A DNA stretch of 63,023 bases from Chrysochromulina tobinii (taxonomy: Eukaryota): NCBI GenBank assembly GCA_001275005.1, contig JWZX01003152.1:1-63023 (forward strand), written 5' to 3'. This document shows, piece by piece, positions 1-11,177 of this stretch. The notes under the pieces were generated by a model. It did no database searches. It was not told the origin of the DNA and saw only the letters and a program-made list of their open reading frames with translations. The translations under genes and the position numbers were made by a program. The first letter of the stretch is position 1. Each line of letters starts with the position of its first letter.

Positions 1-788
1 AGGCGCCTCGACCGAGGATCTCGAGGCCGGTCGGTGCCGCGTCACGCTTGTTGAGAAGACCAGCACGAGAGATCAAGCCCTCGCTGCAGTCGCGTGAGCA
101 ACGCGGTAAGGATACCCTTTCTCTCGCGTAGATCAACTCAACTCCCGCTCGCGTCATCCGCCGCCGGTCGTCGCCCTCGAGCATTCGTCGAGCCTCGCTG
201 CTTCTGCCGCCCGCGCCGTCGCCGTCCTGCCTGTCACACCCTGCAGGCACCTCCCTCTGCTGCTCCCGCCACCCGTCTGCCTCTCGCGCCGCAGTCAACG
301 ACACACCTGTATGACGCGAGCGCGCGCATGCGTGAGACGGGGTGCTGTGGCGCGCACCGCAGAAACGCCCTCGACCACTCTTGCCGCCGCAGTATCAGCC
401 GCCCTTGTTGCCTGGCCAAAATCGATTGACGTGCCCTTGTCAGGCCCAAAACGCCAAAACTCGTCGAAGAAAGGCCGCGCGTGCTCGACGCGCGGCGCCG
501 GCGGTCGCCAGGCCCAGCTACCGACATCTTGGCCCGTCGGAACAGCCATCGCGCATGTCCCCGATCGCTCCCATCGTCGGCCTGGAGCCGTGTTGCATTG
601 CCGTACTGTAGACTTCCTGAAAAAGGCACGATGTTGAAGCCCCGGTGCGCCGCGATGATCAAGAGCAAGAAGATGGGGATGATGCCCCGACTCGGGGCTA
701 TCCAGTGGTGCCGGTTGCGCCGAGATCTGCCCTCCCGATCGCTCGCGCCAGCGTTGGGCACCAAAGGCGGCGGAAAGGCGACCGCCAT
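1..788 (-). CDS. Hypothetical membrane-anchored protein, runs off the left edge; exon 1 788-307, intron 306-231, exon 2 230-<1
   Basis: ATG at 788, hydrophobic stretch IIPIFLLLIIAA; AG|GTGTGT donor and GACAG|G acceptor join to a frame that stays open to position 1. Confidence 0.5.
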
Positions 789-796
789 TTTGAATC

Positions 797-839
797 ACTT
801 GACTTGACTTGACTTGACTTGACTTGACTTGACTTGACT
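797..839. repeat. (ACTTG)8 microsatellite in a divergent intergenic gap
   Basis: Eight perfect pentamers plus ACT between ATGs at 788(-) and 901(+). Confidence 0.95.
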
Positions 840-900
840 ATTTGCGCAAGTCTCCGTTGTAACTCCGTTGCATGCGTGAACGACGCTGCGAAGCTGTTCA

Positions 901-2511
901 ATGCAGGCCACGATGGCTGCGCCCTCCACGGCGCCGCCGACGGCGCCGCAGCGCTTTGACCCGTCGGTCGATCTCGTCACCGCGGCGGACGCGCTCTTCG
1001 AGGCGCTCTTTCCGCTGCTCGACCGCGACGGAAGCGGCTGGGCCTCGGAGGAGGACGTCATCGCGGCGCTGATCTGCTCGGTGGGCACCGAGGAGCGCGC
1101 GCGCGTGGCGCTCGCTCGCGTGACCGAGTCGGGCCACGTCGATCAGCGATGCCTGCGCGAGCTCATCGAGGCGCAGATGCCGCCGCAGACGGGCGAGAAC
1201 GGCGCGCAGTGGCACGTGCGGCTCGTCCGCTTCGTGCTCGCGATCATCCGCGACTTTGAGAAGCGCGCAATCGACCGCGGCGACTTCGTCGCGTCGGCCG
1301 AGGGCCGCGAGGTCGCGCGCCACGTGCGCGAGATGGAGCAGCGCCGCGCCTTCGCGACGCTCGAGGCGCTCAAGAGGGAGCAGCACGGCGGCCTCCGGCG
1401 CGGCCAGGTGGCCGAGGCGCGCCAGTTCAACAAGGAGTGGACTGTGCGCATGGCGGAGTTCAACAACCACGCGCGGCGCGCGGTCGCCGAGCTGCGCGCG
1501 CGCCACGAGGCTGCCGTCGAGGGCTTCATCGCCGAGCATCGCCCGCAGATGCACGATCAGTTTAAGCGCACGCACCACGCGCAAGAGACGCTGGACGCCA
1601 AGTTCACGCTCACGCGGCTCACCCTCGCGGAGGAGTTCACCGAGGCGAACAAGTACGCGAAGCGCGTGCAGCAGCTGACACGGCGCGACGCCGAGGAGGC
1701 CGCCACGCTCAGCGAGCTCGCACTGCAGAAGAAGCTCGACGTGCTGCGCTGGCAACAGAACCTCGAGCTCCGCGGGCTCCTTGCCAAGGTCGCGCGGCTG
1801 CTCGAATGAGGGCTGGAGACCCCCCTGCCTACCCCCTGCCTTGCATGCAACTGCTCACCACGGCGCCTCGTCCCTCGTTCACACCTCGTCCCTCGTTCAC
1901 ACCTCGTCCCTCGTTCACAGGTCGCGAGGCTGCGCTCGGAGCACCGGGGCGCTTGGGAGGAGGGGCTGTCGCGGCTGGTGCTGAGTCAGCGAAACACGCT
2001 GCAGGCGCTCGATGCCAAGCAGAAGGTCGATTCGAGGCACGCTGCTGAGGCCGTCCGCAGGATGCTCGAGCCCGCGGCGACGCCCAAGGCCGAGCCAGCT
2101 GCACCCGTGCGTTCCAATCTCGCACTGCTCTCGCCGCGCGGTGGGGTCTATCGCGCCGTGGCGCCTGCCCACGCAGCAGCCGTGGCGCCCGTGCAGAGGC
2201 CCAGCCGAATGGTCGCCGCCGCCTCGGCGCGCGCCTTCTCAGCCGCCAGTGGGCGCGGCGGCGGCGTCGACATGAACACGCCGGCGCCGCCTAAAATATT
2301 CCTCACCGGGACAAGCGAGCTACGCCCGCCCTCGCCGCCCTCGCCCACAGCCGTTCACCCGCCGCGCCCGATCTCGAGCTTTCACGAGCCCGTGCAACTC
2401 GCACCACCTCCTCGACCCATCGGCTACTCCGCTGCCTCGCCGCGCACGCCGCGCACGCCGCGCGCTGGCAGCGTGCAGCTCCGAGCTCGCGTGCGTGGGA
2501 TCGAGATGTGA
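901..2511 (+). CDS. Coiled-coil protein with N-terminal EF-hand-like loop; exons 901-1788 and 1921-2511
   Basis: DRDGSGWASEED loop; phase-0 intron AAG|GTCGCG...TTCACAG|GTC joins ORF 901 to ORF 1978..2511 in frame. Confidence 0.75.
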
Positions 2512-2872
2512 TCATGCGGTCTCCCGTCCCTCAGTCTCGAGTCTGCCGGGGCGGGGGCAACTCACTAGAGCAACTCCTCTCTGTCACTCTGTCTCAGATG
2601 AGGAGCGGATATCTCCGATTTCAAGATACCCTGTTGACTGCGTGACTGTGGCCGCACACACCCCATGAATCGCACATGGCGCGCGCGAAACTTTTGTTTG
2701 CTTCTGGGGGGCCGGGGGCAAGTCTCCCTCCGGTGTCTTCCTGACTCGACCTGACTTTTTGTTAAGGGACCCAAGAGCCAACCTTGCAACTTTTCATCAT
2801 GTTTGGAGACGCCTCACGCGAGAGACCTCGCGCCATTCACTGAAGCGCGCCGTACCTCGTCCAAAAAGCCGC

Positions 2873-3118
2873 ATGGCCAACTCCGGCGACAACTACTTTG
2901 GCGAGCAGCTCGTTAACTACATCGAGGTTCACTTCACGGCACCATGCCACAAGATCCTTCCCCTGGGATATCCAGGCCACGGACTTTGCCAGACCCTTCC
3001 GGCGTTTATGATCTTTCCGTTCATCATCCTGCCAGTCGTACTTCTGGCGTGGTGGGAGCAGAGGTCCAAAGCGAAGGCGGCGGCAGAGGCCAACATGGGG
3101 GGGAAGAAGGCCAATTAG
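2873..3118 (+). CDS. 81-aa single-pass membrane protein with C-terminal KKxx (KKAN) ER-retrieval motif
   Basis: ATG at 2873, TM segment FMIFPFIILPVVLLAWW, ends GGKKAN*, codon usage like neighbouring genes. Confidence 0.65.
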   Translation: MANSGDNYFGEQLVNYIEVHFTAPCHKILPLGYPGHGLCQTLPAFMIFPFIILPVVLLAWWEQRSKAKAAAEANMGGKKAN

Positions 3119-3799
3119 GCGGCGCCGTCGGCGTCGGCGTCGCGCTCGTCGTGGGCACGGCCGTGCGGTGGACGGCGGTGATGCTCACCTCGGGGCTGGA
3201 TGTGACGGCGCTCGAGGACCACCCGCTGCTTGTGACCACCGCAACATCGGCGCCGTGCCGGCGTGAGGCGGCCTTCCTGAAGCCGCTCGGCTTGCTCCCT
3301 GGCGACGCGTGCGCGGGCCCTCCGAATCTCTGGATGTCGCCCACGCTGCCATCACCACTGACCTCACTTCTGACCTCACTTCCGCTGCCCTCACTTCCGC
3401 TGCCATCGCTCTTCACATTGTCGTCGGAGGGCGCGGCGCTCGGTGCGCTCTTCGCGATCGACTTGGGTTGCGTGCACCTTCTGCTGCTGCTCCGCCGTGC
3501 GACTGCCTCCTCGAGCTCCCGCTCCTTTTATGGCGCCCCCCTCCCTCTGCTGGGCATCGGTCGCCTCGCGTGCCTCGCTCCTCTCGTCTCTCCTCCAAAT
3601 CTTGCCGCCGCCGTCGCCTCCAGCACGGCGCCCTGCCCCTGGCTGCTGCTGCTGCTCGCTGCCTGGCTAGCGGCCCACGCGCACGCTCTCGTCGCGGGCG
3701 CGTGCCTCGCGCTTGCGACAGCCCTATCCCTTGACTGGTTGTGGATGCTCCCAGCCCTCATGGTGCTCGCCGCACACGCCCCGTGCCTAGCTACCGCCA

Positions 3800-3831
<32 letters not shown>

Positions 3832-4716
3832 GGCGGCAACGACGGCGGCGGCGGAAGCGGCAGACGTCATCAGCGTCATCGACACCAGCTCCGGGCTGGT
3901 GGCACCATGTCCGCGGTGCGCTGCTGTTGCGCCTTCAGCCTGACGCTATGCGGCGTCGTGTGGGGTACTCTACACGGCGAGCCGCCAGGCGCCGCGGCGG
4001 CCGGCGGGGGCGCCGCGCGTGCGTTCCTCGTGTGGCTCCGTGGCGGGCCGTGGCACAGTGCGCCCAATGTGGGCGTCTGGTGGTATCTCATGTGCCTTGC
4101 GTTCGGTCCCGACCGCCCCACGTTTGCATTCGCGCTCCACTTGCTTCCACGGCTGTGCGTGCCTGCGCTCGCGACCCTTGCTCTGCATTCGCCATGCGGC
4201 GAGGAGGAGGGCGGTGAGGAGGGCGGCGAGGAGGGCGGCGAGGAGGGCGGCGAGGAGGGCGGCGAGGACGGTGCTGAGGGCAACACGAGCACCACGAGCA
4301 CCCTCAAGCCGCCGCTCCGGCCCACGACGACGCTCCGGCCCACGACGACGCTCCTGCGGCCCCCGCTGCCGCTGCCGTCACCGCCGCCTTCGCCTTTTTT
4401 GCCGTATGCTCTGTGCGCCGCCGTGCTCACGGCCACGGCGCAGACGCCCACGCTGCCCGACATAGCGCTTGCAGTCGCATTCGTCCTTTCACAGCTCGAT
4501 GTGCACGTACTGAGCCGAACGAGTCGGCTGCTGCCCGCCGCCCTCGGCGCGCTGCTCGTGGGCGGCGCAGCGAGCGCGCCGCTGCTGGCAGCGTGGGTCG
4601 AGCAGCGGCAGCTCAACGCCAACTTCTTCTACCTGGCGACGCTGGCCGTTGGCGCTGGCCAGCTGCTGTTCGTGTACGACGTGAGTGCGGCGGTCGTGGA
4701 TGGATCGGGGTTTTGA
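2944..4716 (+). CDS. PIGU: GPI transamidase subunit PIG-U (GAB1) family; start uncertain (ATG 2944 or 3181)
   Basis: Multi-TM protein with PNVGVWWY (cf. PNIGLFWY) and C-terminal NANFFYLATL (cf. NSNFFYAITL) motifs. Confidence 0.8.
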
Positions 4717-5153
4717 GGGCACGGGCAAAGAGGGATGAGTAAGGTTGAAAGCGGACACTAAGGCTCACTTTTGCATCGTGACAGATTTGGACAGAAACCA
4801 ACAAATCTGGGGACCGGGTAATCACAAACTTGTCGAGAACCCGAGCTTCAAGCTCCCCGAGCACATTTTCAAACCAAACCCAAAGGTGCAACTCGCCGAC
4901 GCGCTTCTCGCTTGCCGCCTCACGCTCGCCGCCTCATCAGCGACCCGGCCCCACGACCCGCCCAGTCGCCCTCGTGCCTACCATCTTTCTGCCCATAGCC
5001 TCACGACCCCCCGGAATCCGCGCGATCTCCATGCGACCGCCCGATTCGCCTTGTACGGTGCTCGCGCTTCCGTCACACCCGACCTCCGCTCATCCGTCGC
5101 GCGCGCTTGCCCCCTTCCCTCCCGCAGAACCAAAGAGTTCAACAGCAACCAAA

Positions 5154-6572
5154 ATGACCAACTATACGACATCCAACAACCTCGCACTCGAGTCCACCTT
5201 CGATGTGCTCTGCGGCTCACCGCAGATCAAGCGCCAGCCGTCCTCGGCCAAGGGCGACCGCTTCCTTCCCCGGCGCGCCGCGATGGACCTTGACGTGTCC
5301 CGCGACGAGCTCTACAACGACTCCAACGCCGAGAACGCCGATGCCAACGGCTCCGTCGCGGGCAACGTCGTGACCGCCTCGCCGGCCAAGGAGGAGTACA
5401 ATTCGCAGCTCGCCAAGGTCCTGGGAAAGGACCGGACAGCCAAGGTGCTCGCCTTCAAGGAGAAGGCGCCCAAACCCGCGGAGGACCACCAGCAGTCGAT
5501 GCGCGCGCTCTACACGCAGAACCGCGAGGCGAGCGCGCAGCCACGCAAGTTCTCGCGCCACATTCCGAACGCCCCCGAGCGCATCCTGGACGCTCCCGAG
5601 CTCCTCGACGACTACTACCTCAACCTGCTCGACTGGTCCTCAACGAACGTGCTCGGCGTGGCGCTGGGCGCGTCGGTCTACCTGTGGAACGCGAATGACG
5701 GCTCGATCGACCAGCTCATGGAGACGTCGGCCGACTCGCACGTGACCTCTCTCAGCTGGATCGAGCAGGGGCACTACATGGCCGTTGGCACCTCGGACCA
5801 CAAGGTCCAGATCTGGGACGTGGCGAAGAAGAAGCAGCTGCGCTCGATGGATGGGCACTCGCAGCGCGTCGGCGCGCTCGCTTGGAACGGCCCGATGCTC
5901 TCTTCAGGCGGGCGCGACGCGCGCATCGTGCAGCACGACGTCCGGGCGCAGCAGCACCTGACCGCCACGCTCAAGGGCCACACGCAGGAGGTCTGCGGCC
6001 TCAAGTGGTCGGCCAACGGCACGATGCTCGCCTCCGGCGGCAACGACAACTTGCTCAACATCTGGGATGACCGCTACCTGAGCGCATCGACCAACGTCTG
6101 CGAGACGCCGCTCCACCGCATTGAAGCACACCGCGCCGCTGTCAAGGCTATCGCGTGGTGCCCGTGGCAGAAGAATCTGCTCGCGAGCGGTGGCGGCACG
6201 GCCGACCGTTGCATCCGCTTCTGGAACGCGACAACCGGCGCGTGCCTGAACCAGATCGACACGCACTCCCAGGTGTGCGCACTGCAGTGGTCCAAGCACG
6301 AGAAGGAGATTGTCTCGTCGCACGGCTACTCGCACAACCAGCTCATTCTGTGGAAGTACCCCTCGATGGTCAAGGCGGCTGAGCTGACCGGCCACACTGC
6401 GCGTGTGCTGCACATGGCCCAGTCGCCCGACGGCCAGACCATCGTCTCCGCTGCCGCCGATGAGACCCTTCGCTTCTGGAAGATCCTCTCCGGCGGCGAG
6501 CAGGCGAAGAAAGAGAAGATGCTCTCGCATGTCTCGTCGCTGACCAACCCCCACTTGACCTCGATCAGGTAA
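5154..6572 (+). CDS. CDC20: APC/C activator CDC20/Fizzy (WD40); probable 5'UTR intron 4886-5127
   Basis: C-box DRFLP, KVLAFK Mad2-binding-like motif, ERILDAPELLDDYYLNLLDWS, WD40 repeats, C-terminal IR tail. Confidence 0.96.
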   Translation: MTNYTTSNNLALESTFDVLCGSPQIKRQPSSAKGDRFLPRRAAMDLDVSRDELYNDSNAENADANGSVAGNVVTASPAKEEYNSQLAKVLGKDRTAKVLAFKEKAPKPAEDHQQSMRALYTQNREASAQPRKFSRHIPNAPERILDAPELLDDYYLNLLDWSSTNVLGVALGASVYLWNANDGSIDQLMETSADSHVTSLSWIEQGHYMAVGTSDHKVQIWDVAKKKQLRSMDGHSQRVGALAWNGPMLSSGGRDARIVQHDVRAQQHLTATLKGHTQEVCGLKWSANGTMLASGGNDNLLNIWDDRYLSASTNVCETPLHRIEAHRAAVKAIAWCPWQKNLLASGGGTADRCIRFWNATTGACLNQIDTHSQVCALQWSKHEKEIVSSHGYSHNQLILWKYPSMVKAAELTGHTARVLHMAQSPDGQTIVSAAADETLRFWKILSGGEQAKKEKMLSHVSSLTNPHLTSIR

Positions 6573-7204
6573 GTTGCCCACACGGTTACGCGCGCGCCCG
6601 ATTGTGCTGCTTGCGCTCACCGCTCAGACTCTCTCTCGGCCCTGCCGCTTTTCGCATGCCCTCTGGCAGCCTTAGCCCAGAATCTAGCCCAGCGTTGATA
6701 GCCCTGCTCGCCAGCCTTGTGAGCCCTTGTACCCTCTTCCCTCGGCAACCCTCGCGTTTCTCAACGCGCGGGTCACCAATTCAATCGCGGGCCGATCACG
6801 GCTGCGCTGCCCACTTGCCTTAAGTGCGCATTCCACTAGCCTCCACGGATCCAGCCCCCCTCGATGCAACGATGCGCGCTGTCCACAAAAGGGCCTCCAT
6901 GAGAAACGTCAGCTGTGACCTACAACTTGGGGATTCTCGTCGGAATAGGAAAGTTACTTCACGCCGATTACGTGAGCTTGGTGTGAATCGTAAAAAGGTA
7001 CACAGGCTGCACGTCGCCCATGCTTCTGTCTCCTTGGAAGCCGACCGCTGCCGCACAGGCCGAACCGGTGGCCGCAGCGCGCGCCTGAGGTGCTCAGCGG
7101 CTTGCTGGCAGCGATGTGCTGTTTTTTTGTCATCTACGCATCGGCTGACTCGCACTGTGCATCGACTCGTGTGCGACCGCAGGTCAACTCCGAAGACAGG
7201 ATCC

Positions 7205-8185
7205 ATGGTGGCGAAAGCAAAGAAAATCGCCTACTTTGCGCACCTCGAGGAGTGCCTGAACAAGTACCCGCGCGCGTTCATCGTTGATGCGGACTTCGTC
7301 GGCTCGAAGCAGATCTCGGACATCCGCATTGCCCTCCGCGGCAAGGCGGAGCTCGTCTTTGGCAAGAACACCATGATCCGCAAGTGCATCCGGAACATGT
7401 GCGAGAAGGATCCGGAGGATCCGCACCCCGAGTGGGAGTCGATCATTCCGTACATGGTCGGCAACGTCGGTTTCATCTTCACGACCGGCGACCTTGACAA
7501 GATCGAGGACGTCGTCAAGGAGTTCGTCAAGCCGGCGGCCGCCAAGGCTGGCGTCATCGCGCCGAACGGGTGCAAGATCGAAAAGGGCCCGACCGGCCTT
7601 GACCCGGCCCAGACCGCCTTCTTCCAGGCCCTCAACATCGCCACCAAGATCAACAAGGGCTCCATTGAGATCGTCAACGACGTCGAGGTGATCAAGACTG
7701 GCCAGAAGGTTGGCTCGTCTGAGGCGGCGCTTCTCGCCAAGCTCGGTGTGAAGCCGTTCAAGTACGGGCTGCGCATTCTCTACGTGTACGAGGGCGGCGT
7801 CTTCCCCACCGACGTGCTCAAGATCACCGAAGAGACGCTCATGTCCAAGTGGTCCGACGGTCTCGGCAACGTGGCGGCGGTCTCGCTTGCTCTCAATCTG
7901 CCCAACGACGCCTCGTTCCCGCACATGTTCATCAAGGGGGCGAAGAACGTGGTTGCGGTGGCACTCGAGGCGGGCTTCATCGAGTTCGACGTGGTCAAGA
8001 AGATCAAGGACATGCTCGACAACCCCGACAAGTACTCGGGCGGCGGCGGTGGCGGAGGCGGCGGCGCGGCTCCGGCGCCGGCGGCGGCGAAGGGAGGCGC
8101 CCCTGCCCCTGCGGCCGCGGCCAAGGCGCCTGAGCCGGAGCCCGCGGAGGAGGAGGAGGCTGCGGCCTTCGACCTCTTCGATTAA
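7205..8185 (+). CDS. RPLP0: 60S acidic ribosomal protein P0 (uL10); probable 5'UTR intron 6998-7182
   Basis: GKNTMIRK, GNVGFIFT, GPTGLDP..T.FFQALNI.TKI.KG.IEI, Ala/Gly hinge, C-terminal EEEEAAAFDLFD. Confidence 0.97.
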   Translation: MVAKAKKIAYFAHLEECLNKYPRAFIVDADFVGSKQISDIRIALRGKAELVFGKNTMIRKCIRNMCEKDPEDPHPEWESIIPYMVGNVGFIFTTGDLDKIEDVVKEFVKPAAAKAGVIAPNGCKIEKGPTGLDPAQTAFFQALNIATKINKGSIEIVNDVEVIKTGQKVGSSEAALLAKLGVKPFKYGLRILYVYEGGVFPTDVLKITEETLMSKWSDGLGNVAAVSLALNLPNDASFPHMFIKGAKNVVAVALEAGFIEFDVVKKIKDMLDNPDKYSGGGGGGGGGAAPAPAAAKGGAPAPAAAAKAPEPEPAEEEEAAAFDLFD

Positions 8186-8647
8186 AGCCGTCATGCTCCT
8201 CGACCGGCGACGATCCCGCCGCGCTCGCCCAAGACAGCGCCCGACCTGCGCTCTGAGAACTGGCGGCGCCGCCACTGCCGCATGATGCGGGCGCCCGGTA
8301 GATGAAAAGGCCGGGCTGCCTGGGATTTGCGGAGATGCGCGCGCGCGTGACATGACGAGCCAGATGTCGGGCCGGTGAGAGCGGTCGCGAAGACCTTAGT
8401 GTAGGACCAAGATCGTGCCTACCGACCCTAGTACAGTACAGCGCATGTTCCGTACAGCCCTTCAACTCCTTCTATCCACAGGCGCACATTGTTCATGACG
8501 CGAACCCCGGCGTCCCAACGAGGTATTGGAGACCGCGTCAGTCGGCACGACGCACGCAGGGCCCAGAGCAAGCACAGACGTGTGTGTGCGGGAGCGCGCG
8601 CGCGCGCGCGGGCGAGGCACGCGAATTCGGCGCTTCTGATCGTCGCG

Positions 8648-9796
8648 ATGTGTCGAATGACGATCCTCCTCCTGATCGCGGCGTCGGTGGAAGCGTTCGG
8701 GGCCACGTTGCGTGGGCAGCTCCGCCGCATCGCGCCGGCGCCTCGCGCAGCCCTCGAAGCGGTCGTTGCGACTCCTGCTGCTGATGTCGATGCCTCACTC
8801 AAAAAGGGAATTGCGTCCTTCTATGATGCCTCCTCCGGCGTGTGGGAGACGGTGTGGGGCGAGCACATGCACCATGGCTACTACGGGCTTGAGGGTGGCG
8901 AGCGCAAGGATCACCAGCAGGCGCAGGTCGACATGGTGGATGAGGCGCTCGCGTGGGCAGGCGTGGATTCGGGCGTGCCACCCGTGCGTGTTCTCGACGT
9001 GGGCTGCGGCATCGGCGGCTCGTCGCGGCACATTGCACGTACGTACGGTGGGTCGGGCGTCGGCATTACGCTCAGCCCCGTGCAGGCGGCGCGCGCGAAC
9101 GCGCTCAGCCAGGCTCAGGGCTTCGGAGACCGGCTCCAGTTTACCGTGGCGGATGCTCTTCAGATGCCGTTTCCTGACAATAGCTTCGACCTCGTTTGGT
9201 CGATGGAGAGCGGCGAGCACATGCCCGACAAGCAGAAGTTCGTATCGGAACTCGTGCGCGTGTGCAAGCCCGGCGGACGCGTCATTGTCGTCGCGTGGTG
9301 CCATCGTGACCTCGCGGCAGGTGAGACCACCCTGCGGCCGTCCGAGGAACGTCTGCTCGACAGGATCAGCCGCGCCTACTACTTGCCTCGCTGGTGCTCG
9401 GGGGCGGACTACGTGCGCCTGGCGTGTACCCACGGGCTGCGTAACGTCGTCACCGCCGACTGGACCAAGAGTGTGCGGCGCTTCTGGCCGGCAGTGATCC
9501 TGTCGGCGCTGCGGCCTCGTAATCTATGGCGCCTATTCCGCTCTGGCGAAGCGACTCTGCGAGGCGCGCTCGTCATGCCTCTGATGATCCATGGGCAGAA
9601 GCGCGGCACGATCAAGTTTGCGCTCATGTCGGGCGTGAAGGCCAAGCCGGGCGACCCACGTGACGACCTGTCGCCTGTGCTGCCACCGCCAGCCGCTGTC
9701 GCCGAGCCTGAGTCCAAGCCCCCGTCGCCCAAACCGGCGACCTCCTCGTCCGCGTCCCCGTCGCCCAACGGCTTCGTGTGGGGCAACACCTATTGA
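8648..9796 (+). CDS. VTE4: Gamma-tocopherol methyltransferase, plastid-targeted (start 8648 or 8657)
   Basis: FYDASSGVWE.VWGEHMHHGYY, SAM motif LDVGCGIGGS, FDLVWSMESGEHMPDK, WCHR; signal peptide ending VEA-F. Confidence 0.92.
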   Translation: MCRMTILLLIAASVEAFGATLRGQLRRIAPAPRAALEAVVATPAADVDASLKKGIASFYDASSGVWETVWGEHMHHGYYGLEGGERKDHQQAQVDMVDEALAWAGVDSGVPPVRVLDVGCGIGGSSRHIARTYGGSGVGITLSPVQAARANALSQAQGFGDRLQFTVADALQMPFPDNSFDLVWSMESGEHMPDKQKFVSELVRVCKPGGRVIVVAWCHRDLAAGETTLRPSEERLLDRISRAYYLPRWCSGADYVRLACTHGLRNVVTADWTKSVRRFWPAVILSALRPRNLWRLFRSGEATLRGALVMPLMIHGQKRGTIKFALMSGVKAKPGDPRDDLSPVLPPPAAVAEPESKPPSPKPATSSSASPSPNGFVWGNTY

Positions 9797-10415
9797 ACAA
9801 TCCCACGTCAGGAGCACACAAAAGGTGCATCACGCGGCGTCCACACGCGCGAGGCCGATGCGCGAGGAGTCGGGGTTGCGTCGGGGACCACGGGGCGGCA
9901 CCTGTCGTGTGCGATCGGATCGTCGACGTATCTCGCAGGGCCCGGGCGCGAGGGGTTGCTTCGTCTTTCCGCGTGTTAGCCCGCATCTCTGCGCGAGGGC
10001 CCGGGCGCGAGGCATGGCGCGAGGGGTTGCTTCGTCTGACCCGTCTCTCGCGACCACCGCGCGTAACCACCGCCGGCCACGGTCCGGTGACGGGCGTGTT
10101 AGCTGTAAATTTTAGCCCGGCTGTGAAAGCGCGCAGATTTGTATTGTGAAACTTCAAGGGACGTACTTTTGTCCATTTCATATGTGTATTCACGTGTTTA
10201 ACGGTAGTACCCTGCGCGCCGTCGAGCCGACGGCGCGAGTCGGCGGACACGAGCGGGGAGGGAAGCAACGCTGCCGTGCCGCTAGCCCCAAGACCGGCGC
10301 GGCACAACCGCATGCTTCTCGGTGTGGCCTTTGCGCCTTGCGCCTCAGCCGGGGAGGCAGCCTCGGGGCGCGTGCAGGCCGTCTCGACTCAGCCCCTGCT
10401 CTTGCCCTAATCTAA

Positions 10416-10837
10416 TTAGGCCAACTCCTTCATCAGATACTTCACCGAGCACTTGTCGATGCACCTGAGCACGGGCGCGAGGCGTTAGAGGCAGCGGCAG
10501 GGAGGGGAGGAGAGAGGAATGAGGGGGGAGGGTGGGGGGGCAAGCTGGTGGTGCGGCGCAAGACCGCGCTTGCGACGCGATGGTTGCATTCCGCTTACTT
10601 GTGATAGTCCATCATGTAGCCAGCGCAGTTGCCCGAGCCCTGTGGAGAGCGAAGAGTCGGTGATCGTGAGAGCCCCGCGCGCCATGCAAATGATTGTGGG
10701 CGCCGCGCGCGGCTGGCTTCGCGTACCTTCTCCTCGATCCGCTTCGCGCATTCCTTGTAAGTGTCCATGACTGCAGCGCACTTGGGACTGCACTTCGCTT
10801 CGATCGCGGTCTTGGGATCATTCAACTCCATAACCAT
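10416..10837 (-). CDS. QCR6: Cytochrome bc1 hinge subunit; exons 10837-10727, 10639-10599, 10464-10416
   Basis: Spliced product MVMELNDPKTAIEAKCSPKC...YKECAKRI...GNC...DYHKCIDKC...* has the hinge-protein Cys pattern; both introns GT..CAG. Confidence 0.9.
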
Positions 10838-11177
10838 GGGAATGTATGCACCACCGTGCCTGCGGCAATACGGGTGGGGTGACTGCGTCTGCTCCGTGCG
10901 AAGACTTGCGCGCGCGCAGAAGCGGGCAAGAAAATGCTTACCGAGGGTCCGACATTGCGTCACCGAGACTCAACTTGTGCTTTGTAGAAAGTGTTCAACA
11001 CAACGCTTTCGCGGACCTTTCGGTCTCGTAACGTAAGAGCTGGCCGATGCACGCCGGCCACGCGGATGCCGACGGCGCGATGGGTCGCGTGCGCGCGCTG
11101 CCGCCGGCGGTGCGCCGCGGAGCCGGAGGGTGTCGCGCGCGGGCGGTGTCTTTGCTCTTTCACCTGTTTCTCAACTT

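Noticed and set aside
6998..7182. Intronic snoRNA in the RPLP0 5'UTR intron
   Set aside because: No clean box C (RTGATGA)/box D pair with a terminal stem
7184..8353. Long antisense or alternate-frame ORFs over RPLP0, CDC20, CHFR and others
   Set aside because: Shadow ORFs of high-GC codon usage with no recognisable motifs
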